From assembly GCA_035400585.1 (NCBI GenBank), contig DAOMZR010000001.1, positions 434,643 to 498,642 of the forward strand: a stretch of 64,000 bases of DNA, in the 5' to 3' direction. The notes beneath the pieces are model-generated. The model was not told the origin of the DNA. It saw only the letters and a program-made list of their open reading frames with translations, and searched no databases. Position 1 is the first letter of the stretch. Every line of letters starts with the position of its first letter. Source of the DNA: a bacterium (GTDB taxonomy: Bacteria > Patescibacteriota > Patescibacteriia > Patescibacteriales > UBA12465). This document shows positions 63,168 through 64,000 of this stretch, one piece after another. The translations under genes were made by a program, and so were the position numbers.

Positions 63168-64000
63168 TTAATGTAAAAATAAATTAAACAAATACCCTAC
63201 TATTATTATATTAATTGTAGTGATACCAAAAAAATAAACAAGTAATTTCATTTTCATTACTCTCTTTAAAATTAAAGCCTCCGGCAATGACAAGCCAACT
63301 ACCGCCATCATAAAAGCCATGGCGGTTCCAAGTGGAATGCCTTTTTCTACCAACGATTGCATAATCGGAATTACACCAACAGCGTTAGCATACATCGGCA
63401 CGGCGACAATAGTCGCAATCGGAACAGCCAATAAATTATCCACTGTGATATATTTTTCAAAAAATCCAGTCGGCACAAAACTATGAATGACAGCACCCAA
63501 GGCAATTCCAAGCAAAACATAGATTGTAATTTTTTTCGTCAAGACAAGACCTTCGCTCCAAAAAATTTTTAATAACTTTCTAACAGGAATCTTCTTACTT
63601 TTTATTTCAAGCTTTTGACCTTTAATTTTCCAAACATAATCGGCAACATATTTTTCTAATTTTAATTTATTCAAAATTAGGCCACCGACCATCCCCAGTA
63701 GAATCGTTGACACAACATATAGAATGGCAATTTTCCAACCAAACAAACCCACAAAAAGAGCTACAGCAACCTGATTAACAAGAGGAGAAACAATTAAAAA
63801 TGACAAAGTAACACCGAGTGGAATGCCGGCCTCTAAAAAACCAATAAATAAAGGAATTGATGAGCAAGAACAAAAAGGAGTTATCGTTCCAAAAATAGCT
63901 GCTAAAAAATAATCAAAACCATACCACTTACGAGAAGCTAAAAAATCACGCAATTTCTCAACGGGCAAATAATGTCGTAAAATCGCCATGAAATAATTGA
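63168..64000 (-). CDS. Predicted permease (YraQ/PF03773-like); probably 5'-truncated by the window edge
   Basis: TPFCSCSSIPLFIGFLEAGIPLGVTLSFLIVSPLVN motif. The frame remains open from the internal Met at 63989 to base 64000. Confidence 0.7.
   Translation of the reverse strand, partial: NYFMAILRHYLPVEKLRDFLASRKWYGFDYFLAAIFGTITPFCSCSSIPLFIGFLEAGIPLGVTLSFLIVSPLVNQVAVALFVGLFGWKIAILYVVSTILLGMVGGLILNKLKLEKYVADYVWKIKGQKLEIKSKKIPVRKLLKIFWSEGLVLTKKITIYVLLGIALGAVIHSFVPTGFFEKYITVDNLLAVPIATIVAVPMYANAVGVIPIMQSLVEKGIPLGTAMAFMMAVVGLSLPEALILKRVMKMKLLVYFFGITTINIIIVGYLFNLFLH

Noticed and set aside
1-64000. CRISPR arrays, rRNA, transposases, integrases, prophage or toxin-antitoxin pairs
   Set aside because: I looked for regularly spaced direct repeats, rRNA-like GC-rich blocks, DDE/tyrosine-recombinase motifs and small two-gene cassettes, and found none. 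The only dispersed repeat is the terminator module at 2215-2270 and 41873-41927.

Overview
AT-rich (about 30% GC by eye), very gene-dense window. About 85% of genes lie on the minus strand in long co-directional arrays with gaps of 4-60 nt. Conserved proteins are full length under the standard genetic code. Most genes have no Shine-Dalgarno sequence, but many textbook TTGACA-17-TATAAT promoters and hairpin plus T-run terminators can be read directly. Housekeeping genes: clpB, radA, metG, rsmA, leuS, xth, rnhA, recJ, lepA, murJ, tyrS. Energy genes: a four-subunit pyruvate/2-oxoacid:ferredoxin oxidoreductase and an ADP-forming acetyl-CoA synthetase. Efflux modules: a MarR-linked ABC exporter, an XRE-linked ABC-2 transporter and an MFS transporter. 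By inference only, the repertoire and style fit a reduced-genome, CPR/Patescibacteria-like bacterium. Main accessory content: (1) a relaxase-less, T4SS-like ten-gene operon at 8115-19153, with a VirB6/TrbL-like protein, a PrgI/VirB3-like protein, VirB4 split into two ORFs, a VirB8-like candidate and several ORFans, ending in a DsbA-like gene and radA; (2) a ~2850-aa cysteine-rich surface protein with a thrombospondin-type-3-repeat partner, followed by a protein with a Bacteroidota-style T9SS C-terminal sorting domain; (3) a T4SS-pilin-like domain fused to a Cys-rich domain, sitting between porA and porB; (4) two membrane-anchored DsbA-like oxidoreductases; (5) an in-frame, GC-rich, tRNA-like palindromic insertion inside leuS; (6) a CIRCE-like operator on clpB and a membrane-anchored Clp paralog; (7) a repeated ~56-nt terminator module. 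I recognised no rRNA, bona fide tRNA, CRISPR array, transposase or integrase. All calls rest on reading the sequence and remembered family motifs; no database search was possible.
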